Below, one piece after another: positions 8,185 through 17,716 of a stretch of 64,000 bases of DNA (position 1 is its first letter; each line of letters starts with the position of its first letter). Source of the DNA: a virus (Duplodnaviria; Caudoviricetes). Location: IMG/VR virus record IMGVR_UViG_3300014205_000173; one strand, 5' to 3'. The position numbers and the translations under genes were made by a program. The notes under the pieces were generated by a model. That model saw only the letters and a list, made by a program, of their open reading frames with translations. It did not search any database and was not told the origin of the DNA.

Positions 8185-9430
8185 AATTTACTTCTTGCTG
8201 TCTTTCGCACATTATATGCTTATACTTTTCTTTTAGTCTTTTTTGATGATCTTTTAATTGATTATTCGTAAAATGATCAGTATTCCAAAAATCATTAGAA
8301 TATTCGTCTGTATTTTTCCAATCAATATTCTTATATTTTTCTGGATTTTTTGCATAAATAGCGCATCCGGGATATGGGCAAAGAATTGTAAAACCAACAA
8401 AATCTGGTTTTATTTCATCAATTAATGACTCGGTTAAAGAAATATCTTCTTCCGTTTCATTTGGCATTCCAAGAATAAAAAAACCTCTTCTATAAATTCC
8501 AATATCTTTAGCCCATTTAAAGGCTCTTTTTAAAATTACAGTATTAACACCCTTACCTACATCTTTTAATATTTTGTCACTCCCGCTTTCACAACCTATA
8601 TTTATTTGATTACATCCACTTTTTTTCATCCAGTAAAACATTTCTTCTGTTGCAAAAGAAGCATGTATTAATGCTTCCCATTTTGTATCAATACCATACT
8701 CTATCTTTTTTTTACAAAATTCTATTACATAATCAGCAGAATTGTCAAAAGTTGCATCAACAAATTTAAAATAATCTAAATTATATTCTTTAGAAACATA
8801 AAGAATTTCTTTACACAAATCATCAATATCTCTTCTTCTTATTGGATTTGTTTTACTATTAAATTTACCTGTCATTATTTTTTCTGAGCAGAAAAAGCAG
8901 GACACAGGGCATCCTCTACTTGCCTGAAAACTAGCAGTTCTCTTCCCGTTTATACTTTGACACAAGGCAATTGTTCTTTCGTTTTTTATTGCCTTTCTAT
9001 CAGGAAATGCAAGCTCTTCAAAATTCATTTTCCTTCCTAAAACAACTTTATCTCTATTACCATTTAATATATCTAAAATTGCCGCTTCTCCCTCGCCAAC
9101 AACAACTTGATCTACACCGTCAATTAATGCCTCTCTATTAACAGAAGTAGTATGCCATCCACCGAAAACACTTATAACTTTTTTGTTTTTTAATTTAATT
9201 TGTCTTGAAAGGTTTACCCCATGACTAAAACAAGGAGAGGTACATGAAATAAAAATAAAATCAGAATCTAAAGATCCATTTATAATTTCTTCATCAGTAT
9301 CAAAGTTTGCATGAAAGAAATTGATATCAATTTCTTTTTTATACTCTTTTTTTACATAAGAAATTAAATATGCAAAACCCAAACACTCCCATGTATTATG
9401 ATAATATGGTTGAATGAAAGTTATTTTCAT
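8177..9430 (-). CDS. Cobalamin-binding radical SAM protein (class B methyltransferase-like)
   Basis: LGFAYL, GGWHTT and VVGEGE B12-binding-domain motifs; ASRGCPVSCFFC; GCESGS; FILGMPNET; PYPG. Confidence 0.92.
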   Translation of the reverse strand: MKITFIQPYYHNTWECLGFAYLISYVKKEYKKEIDINFFHANFDTDEEIINGSLDSDFIFISCTSPCFSHGVNLSRQIKLKNKKVISVFGGWHTTSVNREALIDGVDQVVVGEGEAAILDILNGNRDKVVLGRKMNFEELAFPDRKAIKNERTIALCQSINGKRTASFQASRGCPVSCFFCSEKIMTGKFNSKTNPIRRRDIDDLCKEILYVSKEYNLDYFKFVDATFDNSADYVIEFCKKKIEYGIDTKWEALIHASFATEEMFYWMKKSGCNQINIGCESGSDKILKDVGKGVNTVILKRAFKWAKDIGIYRRGFFILGMPNETEEDISLTESLIDEIKPDFVGFTILCPYPGCAIYAKNPEKYKNIDWKNTDEYSNDFWNTDHFTNNQLKDHQKRLKEKYKHIMCERQQEVNYE

Positions 9431-10458
9431 TTTTTTAAATATCCTATTTTTTCCATATAATTTTTTCCAGGAGCCTTTTTCTTTAGATAAGATTCTACTG
9501 TTGTATTTATTATATCTATAAGTGTATCTTGAGCTTTAATTATATTTGGATGTGTTGGAAGAGGCAAAATATGATCATATACATAATCTGTATTCGGCAA
9601 ACCAAAAACTAAAGGTTCGTAATAAACTTTTGATTCAAATCCATTTTCAACAAACGCATTTGCTACAGCATTTCTCATGCCATTACTGTCTAACAAAATA
9701 GCATAAACACTATGATTTGTGTTTTTTAAAACCTTTTGTTCCTTAAAACTAAAATTTAATTTATTTCTATATTTTTCAATAATACCACCATGAACATTCT
9801 TATATTCATTGTCGTAATATTCTATAGATTTCTTTGCAATAAAAGCATTTATTTCAGACATTCTACCAGAAAGTCTTCTAAGTTCTGTTGCTGTTTCTGC
9901 AACAGAGTCATTTTGGGTTAAAATCATTCCACCTTCAGTTGCAGTTACTATTTTTGTAAAAGACAAAGAAACAACTTCGACAACACCTCTATGTCCTAGT
10001 TTTGGTAAATCAAAACCATGCGCAGCATCAATTATTGTTGGAATTTTTTTACAAGAATCTGATTGATTTCCAAAAATATCAACAGGAATAGCAACGTCGC
10101 AATGCTCTTCATCTACATTTTCCATTAACCATGTATCTTTATTTATATCGCAAAAAACTGGAGCATTTCCCAAACAAGATTCCAATGCATAGAGAGTGCT
10201 AGGCCAAGTAAATGCAGGGAGAGCTATTTTTTTATTTGAAAAACCACAAGATTTAATAGATATTATTAATCCAGTAGTTGCATTTGAACATGCAATTGCA
10301 TGTTTCACATTAAATCTTGATTTAAATATAGACTCCAATTCATTCATATGTTTACCAATACTAACCCAACCACTATTAAGTATATTTTCTATCTCGCTAT
10401 AGTCTTCTTTTTTTAAAACTATATTTGGTGTAGAAAAACCATATTTGAAATTATTCAT
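9427..10458 (-). CDS. DegT/DnrJ/EryC1/StrS PLP-dependent nucleotide-sugar aminotransferase (Lys-type)
   Basis: SNATTGL, PAFTWPST, IIDAAHG, SLSFTKIVTATEGG (catalytic Lys), RMSEINA, LPLPTHP. Confidence 0.9.
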   Translation of the reverse strand: MNNFKYGFSTPNIVLKKEDYSEIENILNSGWVSIGKHMNELESIFKSRFNVKHAIACSNATTGLIISIKSCGFSNKKIALPAFTWPSTLYALESCLGNAPVFCDINKDTWLMENVDEEHCDVAIPVDIFGNQSDSCKKIPTIIDAAHGFDLPKLGHRGVVEVVSLSFTKIVTATEGGMILTQNDSVAETATELRRLSGRMSEINAFIAKKSIEYYDNEYKNVHGGIIEKYRNKLNFSFKEQKVLKNTNHSVYAILLDSNGMRNAVANAFVENGFESKVYYEPLVFGLPNTDYVYDHILPLPTHPNIIKAQDTLIDIINTTVESYLKKKAPGKNYMEKIGYLKK

Positions 10459-11632
10459 ATGTATACCCTATTGTCTTTTCTATTAAATTAAATAATAAAT
10501 CTAAATGTTTTTCATTTATAAAATGACTATTCCCAATATAAAATCCGTTAGAATTTAATATATCTGAATTGTTATAAACAGTACCAATTTCCACATATTT
10601 TGAAAGAAATGGCTGTATCGTTAAGTTGCCACCAACAACTGGTCTTGTTTCTATTTTATTTTTATTAAGGATTTCTTGTAGTCTATTCTTAAAGTTACTG
10701 TCTTTGCAAATAACCGGCAAACAAAAGCTTGAATTTCCATTTACTTTTGGTATGTAAAAATATTGTGGATATTTTTTTATAAAGTTTACAAACTTTTCAT
10801 AATTTGATTTTCTTATTAAATTGTTTTCACTTAAATGTTTTAGTTGTGAAATTCCTAAAACTGCATTTATTTCTGTATTTCTAAAGTTAAAACCATCTGT
10901 TAGAAACAGAAATTTTGAATCTATTTCTGGATGTTTTTTTGATTCTTTAATATACTCTTCTTTGGGAAGCTCTCTAGCCAAGCCATGACTTCTTTTTACC
11001 TTCATTAAACAATATAAATCATAGTCGTTTGTACAAACAACGCCACCTTCGATTGTGGTACAATGGTGCCCAAAATAAAAACTAAAAGTAGAGCCTTCAG
11101 AAAAATTACCAACCTTTATATTGTTTATTTCAGCACCATGACTTTCACAACAATCTTCTATAAATATAGCGTTTGGTAAAATATTTTTATATAATTCTAT
11201 ATCTGCTGGAATTCCAAGCAAATGAGTAACAAAAACTACTTTTATATCCGTATTTTTCTCAACAATTTTTTTCAAACATTCAACATCAAAACTAAAATCA
11301 TATAGGTTTATATCACAAAAAACAGGCTTTAACCCCATTTGAATTATTGGAGTTATATTTGTTGACCATGTACAACATGGAACTAAAACTTTATCATTAA
11401 AATTTAAATTATATTTTTCTTTTATTGCAGAAACAAGAAGTAAATTTGCAGTGCTTCCAGAAGAAACATATAAAGTATGTTTACACCCCAACCATTCTGA
11501 CCACTTTTTTTCAAACTCAATAACCATATCACCATTAGTAAATTTATCAGTATTGTTTATAAAATCAATCATACTATCTTTATCTTCTTTAGTAATTGCA
11601 TTACCCATTAATGTCCAAAAAACTTCTTCCAT
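10451..11632 (-). CDS. DegT-fold PLP enzyme, ColD/RfbH-type (GDP-4-keto-6-deoxymannose 3-dehydratase-like)
   Basis: SSGSTANLL, EDCCESHG, SFYFGHHCTTIEGG (His at the usual Lys position), RSHG, GFNFRNTE, IETRP. Confidence 0.88.
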   Translation of the reverse strand: MEEVFWTLMGNAITKEDKDSMIDFINNTDKFTNGDMVIEFEKKWSEWLGCKHTLYVSSGSTANLLLVSAIKEKYNLNFNDKVLVPCCTWSTNITPIIQMGLKPVFCDINLYDFSFDVECLKKIVEKNTDIKVVFVTHLLGIPADIELYKNILPNAIFIEDCCESHGAEINNIKVGNFSEGSTFSFYFGHHCTTIEGGVVCTNDYDLYCLMKVKRSHGLARELPKEEYIKESKKHPEIDSKFLFLTDGFNFRNTEINAVLGISQLKHLSENNLIRKSNYEKFVNFIKKYPQYFYIPKVNGNSSFCLPVICKDSNFKNRLQEILNKNKIETRPVVGGNLTIQPFLSKYVEIGTVYNNSDILNSNGFYIGNSHFINEKHLDLLFNLIEKTIGYTYE

Positions 11633-11648
11633 AAAAAATACTCCGTTT

Positions 11649-12002
11649 TTAAGTAAACCCTTTATATAACTTTATATTTGGTTCAGAAAAATTTTTATGA
11701 TGATTTTTATCTATATAGTTATCTAGGAAAAAATTTATTGCCCTTATTAACTTTGGTCTTCTATCTTTAAAACAATAATCAATTTTTCTTTTTAATTCAG
11801 CTACTTCACTATCTGTATTTGCTTCAGATACTGCATCTTCAAGCTTCCAAGTTCTTATATGTAGTACAATAAATCTATCTAATATCTCAGCGAAACTTTC
11901 ACTAAATTCAAGCCCATCAATAGAAAGAGGCTCGTTCTCAAATCTTTCGCTTATTTCTTCAAGAAGTAATTCGCTTATTTTTAAAATTCTATTTTCAGAC
12001 AT
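11649..12002 (-). CDS. DUF4254-like helical protein
   Basis: ESFAEILDRFIVLHIRTWKLED...KRKID...R..LI..IN pattern; context inside a glycan cluster. Confidence 0.6.
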   Translation of the reverse strand: MSENRILKISELLLEEISERFENEPLSIDGLEFSESFAEILDRFIVLHIRTWKLEDAVSEANTDSEVAELKRKIDYCFKDRRPKLIRAINFFLDNYIDKNHHKNFSEPNIKLYKGFT

Positions 12003-12004
12003 TT

Positions 12005-12916
12005 TTATATTCCTAGTTTTATTTTTACAGTTTCAATAAATCTTTCAATACATATATTATCACATCCATTTTTTTCAAAAATAGAAACCCCGTTTATATT
12101 TACAGGAGTTAATGCGTCAAAGTTTCTATTATGATTTGGCAGCCAGTTTGTAATAAGATAAATACAAGATTTAGAATATGCACCTAAAACCCAACCAGAA
12201 CCACTATCGGTAGTTACACACAAATCTGACTCTAAAGAATATTTTATTTGGTCAAAAAAACTTAAATCTATAAATTTTTTATAATTCATAGAATTAGACA
12301 AAGTAGGCTCATTCCCGTATCCGTAATGATAAACATTAATTCCTAAATCAGTAATTTTTTTTATCGAATTAGACCACCATTCCTCAGACGGAGAACGTCC
12401 TGTCTTATCTCCATATCCAGCAAAAGGCCAAATTGCTATACTATTCTTAAAAATAATATTCTGAGAAGAATCATACTCTGTTGTATATGCAGTACTTTGA
12501 ATTGGTTTTATTCCAGATTCAAACCATTTATATAAATTTGGATAAAAATCTTGTGGAGATAAAACTCCATTCAAATCTGTTATTCCCGCAATTCTTGCTG
12601 TTTCCTCAATACAATTTCTTTCATTATACCAGTGTACGCAATCATGATTTTGATTTAGTTTACATTTAAAGTCACAAGAATTAAATATTTTTAAATCTTC
12701 TTCCCCAAAAGAAGACCAGTTATCAGTTATTTTTATTTTGTCTATAAGGGGATGATTTATAAATAAATCTAAAGCTTGAGAACACTTTTTTTCTATAACC
12801 CAAAACTTATAACTATCAGGATATTTTTTTTCAAAATAAGTCAATACAGGCAATGCCATTATTAAATCACCAATAATGCCATAACTTACTCCCCAAATTT
12901 TGAAATTTTTATTCAT
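12005..12916 (-). CDS. GT9 (heptosyltransferase-like) glycosyltransferase
   Basis: GIIGDLIMALP, NHPLID, IAIWPFAG, VTTDSG motifs. Confidence 0.8.
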   Translation of the reverse strand: MNKNFKIWGVSYGIIGDLIMALPVLTYFEKKYPDSYKFWVIEKKCSQALDLFINHPLIDKIKITDNWSSFGEEDLKIFNSCDFKCKLNQNHDCVHWYNERNCIEETARIAGITDLNGVLSPQDFYPNLYKWFESGIKPIQSTAYTTEYDSSQNIIFKNSIAIWPFAGYGDKTGRSPSEEWWSNSIKKITDLGINVYHYGYGNEPTLSNSMNYKKFIDLSFFDQIKYSLESDLCVTTDSGSGWVLGAYSKSCIYLITNWLPNHNRNFDALTPVNINGVSIFEKNGCDNICIERFIETVKIKLGI

Positions 12917-13591
12917 TTAAATACCTAATGTTTTAATATCTTCTCTAATTTGATCTGTTCTATTTTGCTGATCATAAGTTCCCGCACCAGCATAATGAAG
13001 GACATACGACTTAAATCTATCATCACCAAACATAGTCATATGGTTCCATTTATAATCTAATTGATGTATTTTATGCCCATACTTATGAATATGATAACAC
13101 AAATGAACATCATCCATACCAAAAGACATAAAATAATGTTTCCCATCTATTGGAGTAAAAATATTTTTATGAATTTTTGAAAAAACAGCAAATCCAGTAT
13201 TTATATATCCTTCAGTCCATCCTACATCGCCAAATTGTGCCTGAACTAATTTTATTTGCCCCCTTCTATGTTCTGCACTACTACCAACATCTTCATATAT
13301 ACTTCCAACACACTCTTCTGGAACCTCTTCAAAAATATTTGGACAATTATCATTTATAATAACATCTGAATCTACAGATAAAATTCTATCATAAGTATTA
13401 AACAAATTATAAAATTCCATAATTCTATAATGAGGTCTTGGAGGGTATTCATTTGTCCAAATTGGCGGTTCCTGATCTAAAACCTTAAAATCCGCACCAC
13501 ATCTTTTGGCATATTTTTCTATTATTGGAAAAGTCATTTGAGTCATTTTATTTATTTTACTATCAGCCCTTGTTGCCATTAAAAGTTTCAT
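12917..13591 (-). CDS. GT-A glycosyltransferase, GT8-like
   Basis: YDRILSVDSD (DxD), PNIF, YINTG, KWN, LHYAG. Confidence 0.82.
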   Translation of the reverse strand: MKLLMATRADSKINKMTQMTFPIIEKYAKRCGADFKVLDQEPPIWTNEYPPRPHYRIMEFYNLFNTYDRILSVDSDVIINDNCPNIFEEVPEECVGSIYEDVGSSAEHRRGQIKLVQAQFGDVGWTEGYINTGFAVFSKIHKNIFTPIDGKHYFMSFGMDDVHLCYHIHKYGHKIHQLDYKWNHMTMFGDDRFKSYVLHYAGAGTYDQQNRTDQIREDIKTLGI

Positions 13592-13640
13592 AAGTTTATA
13601 ATATTCCTATATGTCGTAGTCTTGGGTTTCAATTTTTTCC

Positions 13641-14579
13641 CTATACATTTTTTATGTCGCCTAACACTTGTTTCATTCTCTCTTTAAATGTATGTTCTTT
13701 TATTGTACGTTGATAACCTCTCTCGGCAATTTCCTTTCTTTCATCTTCATTTTTTAAATAATATTGTATTTTATTATAGCAGTCTTCGGCACTCGTGTAT
13801 GTGGCACATTCCTTACCTACTTCAAAAAGTTCTTCTATACCTTTAACATGTTCTGTCAAAAGAAATCCTCCCGCTCCTGTAACTCTAAAATCTCTTGCTG
13901 AATTAGCCAAATCAACATCAGACCAGCCACAATGTCCTAATACAATTTTTGAACATTGGCACATTTTATTATGATCTTCTCCAAGGTATTTTTCAAGCCC
14001 ATGAATGTTGAAACTTATTAAATTTAAATTAACACCCTTTTTTTCTAAAAACTCCATAAGACCAATTCTACCATATGGTCTTGGTGTTTGATAGATTGAA
14101 CTTTTTGATCCAGCAAAGCATACTTCAAAACCATATTTAACATAATCTTCATCTGTTAAAATTTCTTTTTTGTGTATTGTTGGGTCTATTCCCTCTTGCA
14201 AGTATTTTACTATTGTATTCGGACAATACTTCTGAGATTCTGCAACATTACCTCTTGGTTTGCAATAATATATATCCATTAGATTAAATAGATTTAACAA
14301 TCCACCCCATTCTTTTACTGAATATCTTGCATCAACATTATAGCAAACGGTTTTTACTTTTGGAAATAGTTTTTTATAATTTTTCATAACTTCCAAAAGT
14401 TCTATTTCCCTAGAACAAAAAAGAAGATCTGGTTTAAAACTTTCAGTCTCTGGAATAACACTATTGTAATCAGTTTTTGCATCAACAACTCTAACTTCGC
14501 AACCTAATTCTTCAAAAGCATTTTTTATATAAACCCCAGTCTGACCATCAGACACAGGGAAAGCCAATAAAACCTTCAT
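13641..14579 (-). CDS. CgeB-like (Glyco_trans_1_2) glycosyltransferase
   Basis: GIDPTIH, VCFAGS, SKIVL, RDFRVTGAGGFLLT, ERKEIAERGYQRTIKEHTFKER. Confidence 0.85.
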   Translation of the reverse strand: MKVLLAFPVSDGQTGVYIKNAFEELGCEVRVVDAKTDYNSVIPETESFKPDLLFCSREIELLEVMKNYKKLFPKVKTVCYNVDARYSVKEWGGLLNLFNLMDIYYCKPRGNVAESQKYCPNTIVKYLQEGIDPTIHKKEILTDEDYVKYGFEVCFAGSKSSIYQTPRPYGRIGLMEFLEKKGVNLNLISFNIHGLEKYLGEDHNKMCQCSKIVLGHCGWSDVDLANSARDFRVTGAGGFLLTEHVKGIEELFEVGKECATYTSAEDCYNKIQYYLKNEDERKEIAERGYQRTIKEHTFKERMKQVLGDIKNV

Positions 14580-14593
14580 ATTTTTCTCCTTGT

Positions 14594-15862
14594 TTATCTT
14601 TCACATAATATTAATGGACGCCCTTCTACGCTGTTCCCAATTATTTTTGATGATTTAAAATTTCCTATACCTTTTATAAAATTAGAAAAATCATAAAAGC
14701 TACCAATATCTAATGCCGAAAAAACATCAGAAGAAACTTCTATAATAAAATATTTTTTTGCCTTTTTACAAACTTCAGCCATTAATTCTATCCAACTTTC
14801 TTTACTATATTTATGTTGAGTAAAAAATAAATGGAAAATACTAAGTCCCAAAACAATATCATAAGATTGCATTTTTTTTACAGAGTCCAGACTTATTTCC
14901 ATAAACTCAAAAACACAATCTACATTAAATTTTTCTGACAAAAATGTATTAAACTTTATTTTGTTTAAGTCAAAATCAACACCCTTTGTTTTCATTCCTA
15001 AATCATTAAAATAATAGCAAAACCAACCAACATTAGTGCCAAAATCAAAAAGAGTTTTACCTTTAATATCAATTTCAATATTTTCTTTAATTAAAATGGC
15101 TCTATCTGTACATGTCCTGTTTGCTGGTACTAGTTTTCCAAAATTAGAATCATTTGGATCTGTTTCTTTCTTAAAAGTATCTTTTAAACTTGTGAAAAAT
15201 ATAGGTTGATGAACATTGTCTAAACTCTGATACTCATCAACAATTACTTTATTAATACTATCACTTAAAATCATTTCTATTTCCTTTTTTGTTAGTTGTG
15301 TTCCATGCTCAAAAATAAAATTTTTCAAAAATACACTATAGTCATAACAGTCATTTGAATTCAAAAAAGATTTTTTAAAATCATTATCGTCATTAAAATC
15401 TATTATTTTTATGTCCCCATTTTTATCACAAAGTATATGATTTTTATTTGTTGTCCAATTTAAATTTTTTAAATATAGCTTTCTTGTGATATAAAAAACT
15501 TTATAGCATATTTCTTTAAATTTATTATCTATATTTTCAGTAATATGGTTAAGCATTTCAATTACCATAAAATGACTGTTATCAAAATCATCACCCCATC
15601 CGTAATAATATACCATCCCATAATACTGAAGCTCCAATGCACCTAAATCTTGAGAAAACTTTTTAAAATTTTCTTTTTGCTGATTTTTATCCTTCAAACA
15701 TCTTGTTTTAATCGACTTTATTATAACATTATTATTTTTATATTTTCCAAAATAAATATTAAAATTACTTGCGCCCTGTTCATCAAATAAAGAAATATTC
15801 TCTACTTCGTTTATTTTTATTTTTTTGTTTTCATCAAAAACAGTCTCTATATCACAGTCCAT
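14594..15862 (-). CDS. Kinase-like domain fused to a class I SAM methyltransferase (WbdD-like parts in reversed order)
   Basis: N-terminal IYFGKY..VIIKS, MVIEML, HIL..GDIKIIDFND; C-terminal LFDFGTNVGWF, GVDFD, YDIVLGLSIFH. Confidence 0.72.
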   Translation of the reverse strand: MDCDIETVFDENKKIKINEVENISLFDEQGASNFNIYFGKYKNNNVIIKSIKTRCLKDKNQQKENFKKFSQDLGALELQYYGMVYYYGWGDDFDNSHFMVIEMLNHITENIDNKFKEICYKVFYITRKLYLKNLNWTTNKNHILCDKNGDIKIIDFNDDNDFKKSFLNSNDCYDYSVFLKNFIFEHGTQLTKKEIEMILSDSINKVIVDEYQSLDNVHQPIFFTSLKDTFKKETDPNDSNFGKLVPANRTCTDRAILIKENIEIDIKGKTLFDFGTNVGWFCYYFNDLGMKTKGVDFDLNKIKFNTFLSEKFNVDCVFEFMEISLDSVKKMQSYDIVLGLSIFHLFFTQHKYSKESWIELMAEVCKKAKKYFIIEVSSDVFSALDIGSFYDFSNFIKGIGNFKSSKIIGNSVEGRPLILCER

Positions 15863-16670
15863 TTTCTAAATTCTCATAAAACTTCATAAATTTTTCATAA
15901 ACAAAATTCACTTCAGGGTCCCAACCGCCATCATCATATATATATGTTTTTGTTGAAAATGGATTCCAAAACTTTTCGTAATTACTTCGATTTTGATTTC
16001 CAATACCATGAACATTTGATGTCCAAACGAACTGAGGACATTTGCAAAGTGTTGCAAAATGCATTGGTCCACTTGAAGGTCCAACAATAACTTTTGAACT
16101 AGATAAAACATTAGATAATTTTTCTAAATCTAAATCCATAAAGTTTTTAGTTCCTTCTATATATTCAGAAAATCCACTAACGCCTATAGAACCAATAGTT
16201 AGTCCGTTTGCTTGTATTTTTTTAATCAAACTTTCCCATTTTACTTTAGACCAATTTCTACTTAATTTATAAGAATCGTTCATAGATAAAACCATTCTTG
16301 CATGTATTATAATATCTACTTTAAAATCTAATATTTTTTCTCCATATGAAATAAACTTAGGAACAACTCCTTTAAAAGTTTCATTTGCATCTCCTTCGTT
16401 ATCTATATATATGATTTTTGTTGGTCTAAATATTTCATGAAGACCTCCCTTGTACTTGAAATCATAGTTTGTCCAACCAGCACACTTACGTAACTCCGCA
16501 TCAAATGGAACAAACTTCGTACAAAAATCTTTATATATAATTTCGTGTTTTGTTCTACTTGAAATAATTACTTCATCGTAATCTTTCGCCATTTCACGAA
16601 GATACCCTTGCCATTCAAACAATTCAAATCCAAACTCTCCAACAAAAGGTCCTGCAAATAAAGTACTCAT
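15852..16670 (-). CDS. GT-B glycosyltransferase, GT9-like; paralogue of 5926..6714
   Basis: GPFVGEFGFEL; RNWS..KW; IVGPSSGPMHFATLC. Confidence 0.72.
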   Translation of the reverse strand: MSTLFAGPFVGEFGFELFEWQGYLREMAKDYDEVIISSRTKHEIIYKDFCTKFVPFDAELRKCAGWTNYDFKYKGGLHEIFRPTKIIYIDNEGDANETFKGVVPKFISYGEKILDFKVDIIIHARMVLSMNDSYKLSRNWSKVKWESLIKKIQANGLTIGSIGVSGFSEYIEGTKNFMDLDLEKLSNVLSSSKVIVGPSSGPMHFATLCKCPQFVWTSNVHGIGNQNRSNYEKFWNPFSTKTYIYDDGGWDPEVNFVYEKFMKFYENLENGL

Positions 16671-17707
16671 AAATTAAATTCCTTGCTAAATTCAACTATA
16701 TTATTTGCAACATTATCCCATGAAAAATTTTGAATCGTTTCATACCCATTCTGGGCTAATTCGTTTCTAAGTTTTTCGTTATTGGCTAACAGTTCTATCT
16801 TGTCTGCTAAAATCCTTGGACTATTTTCTTCTCCCTCTTGGTAAATAAGACAATTTTCATTATTTTTTGCAAAATCTGCTACACCGGGGGTACTACAAAT
16901 TACTGGTTTTTTACACGACATCGCTTCTGACATACAACAATTAAATGCAGATACATAATCTGGAGCAATATAAATATCACAAATAGAATATACATCCGCT
17001 AAAGTATTTTGATTCCCTATGGTCGGTATACAGGAAAAATTTTCTGGAAAATCCTGTTTTGTTAAATCAAAATATATAAAATTATATTTATCTTGATCTA
17101 AAAATTTAGTCGCCTCTATAATATCATAAGTTCCTTTGTTTGATCTTCTAGCCCCACCACGAGACCCACAACAAAGTATATTTATTTTACTTGTATTTCT
17201 AAACTTTTTATAAATAGAAGAGTTTACATCTTTTGGATAAAACTCTTTAAAGTTAACACCTTGACTGATAAATTTCTTTTTATATTTATTTTCTTTGTCG
17301 TGTTTTTTTGAAACCTCATACAAGTCTTTGCTACAAGAAGTTCTAGCCATATCTAAATCTGCAAACTGTTCATAACACGCACCATTAGCACAACAATAAT
17401 GCATTACATGAACTTTAGATTTTGTATATTTAGAAAATGACATAGTTACAGGGTCTTGATTAAATAATAAATCAAAACCATCAATAGACCTTAAAAATCT
17501 TTCTATATTTTCTTCTTTGTCATATATGTTAAATGGAATATTATTCTTTGATGGGATATTGTCCTCACAAAACGACGCTTTGTGTTTTCCGACATTGCCC
17601 AATAAATAAAAATCATGCCCTTGTCTTATTAATGCATTACCTGTCTCTATAGAACTTCGTACACCACCTAAAGGTCCTTTTGTTGTTAAAAACCATCCAA
17701 TTTTCAC
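16667..17707 (-). CDS. GT4 glycosyltransferase
   Basis: GTG start with AGGAG SD; GGVR, QGVN..F, KG, EAMSCKKPVI, FSWDNVA. Confidence 0.88.
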   Translation of the reverse strand: MKIGWFLTTKGPLGGVRSSIETGNALIRQGHDFYLLGNVGKHKASFCEDNIPSKNNIPFNIYDKEENIERFLRSIDGFDLLFNQDPVTMSFSKYTKSKVHVMHYCCANGACYEQFADLDMARTSCSKDLYEVSKKHDKENKYKKKFISQGVNFKEFYPKDVNSSIYKKFRNTSKINILCCGSRGGARRSNKGTYDIIEATKFLDQDKYNFIYFDLTKQDFPENFSCIPTIGNQNTLADVYSICDIYIAPDYVSAFNCCMSEAMSCKKPVICSTPGVADFAKNNENCLIYQEGEENSPRILADKIELLANNEKLRNELAQNGYETIQNFSWDNVANNIVEFSKEFNL

Positions 17708-17716
17708 CAGAATCTC

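Noticed and set aside
13592-13640. TTGAAA-containing spacer as an internal promoter
   Set aside because: No acceptable -10 element at 16-18 bp spacing
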